This document shows, piece by piece, positions 49,723-49,880 of a DNA stretch of 49,880 nt; within the stretch, counting starts at the first letter, position 1; each line of letters opens with the position of its first letter. Position numbers and translations under genes: made by a program. Location: NCBI GenBank assembly GCA_031385045.1, contig JANNBC010000061.1, forward strand, positions 1 through 49,880, written 5' to 3'. Under the pieces are notes generated by a model that saw only the letters and a program-made list of their open reading frames with translations, made no database searches and had not been told where the DNA came from. This stretch comes from a bacterium. Its GTDB lineage: Bacteria; Bdellovibrionota_C; UBA2361; CALJRW01.

Positions 49723-49880
49723 TAATTAAAATAAATTGCATATACTAAAACCCATTAGAGACTCTGTTAATAGTCAATAAAAAACAATTAAATGTTTTAA
49801 ATATGTTGAGTTAAATATCGGTCACTAGACCATTGTTTTCCGTCCCGCACCATCGCATTTAAAGTAATTAGTAGCTTTCT

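Overview
AT-rich bacterial chromosomal window; I cannot assign the taxon from sequence. It has four parts. (1) 1-6320 is an ssrA (tmRNA) hotspot. It holds the 3' 104 nt of one ssrA copy at the window edge and two cassette-like modules, each ending in the same 89-bp arm plus an ssrA 3'-end core. The modules carry a HEPN-like gene, a PD-(D/E)XK-like gene, an AbiE-type type IV TA pair and a uridine-kinase-like gene. A complete ssrA follows (5755-6110, tag ANEDNYQLALAA), then 104-bp tandem repeats containing both the tmRNA 3' end and an antisense copy of its T-arm. (2) 6341-11360 is a CsoR-associated copper-resistance cluster: HMA-MauE protein, a QAPP-ending leader protein, HMBD lipoprotein, TolC-like protein and multicopper oxidase. 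(3) 11455-29400 is mixed: ldhA, a broken pilin-like gene, a displaced copy of the ssrA promoter region, a photolyase-like gene, OsmY/BON, ydbH-ynbE-ydbL, ArsR-SRPBCC, an FGE-family protein and surface proteins. (4) 29406-49880 holds an HTH/solute-binding-domain fusion regulator divergent from a prs-apt-NUDIX operon, HD and CYTH phosphohydrolases, a desaturase, a GT-C transferase, a CPA2 antiporter, ohr, and a dispersed ~225-bp structured repeat with conserved loops and compensatorily rewritten stems. Best novelty candidates: the regulator + prs-apt-NUDIX module, the covarying structured repeat, and the ssrA-anchored cassette/repeat architecture. All family calls come from motif recognition, not database searches.
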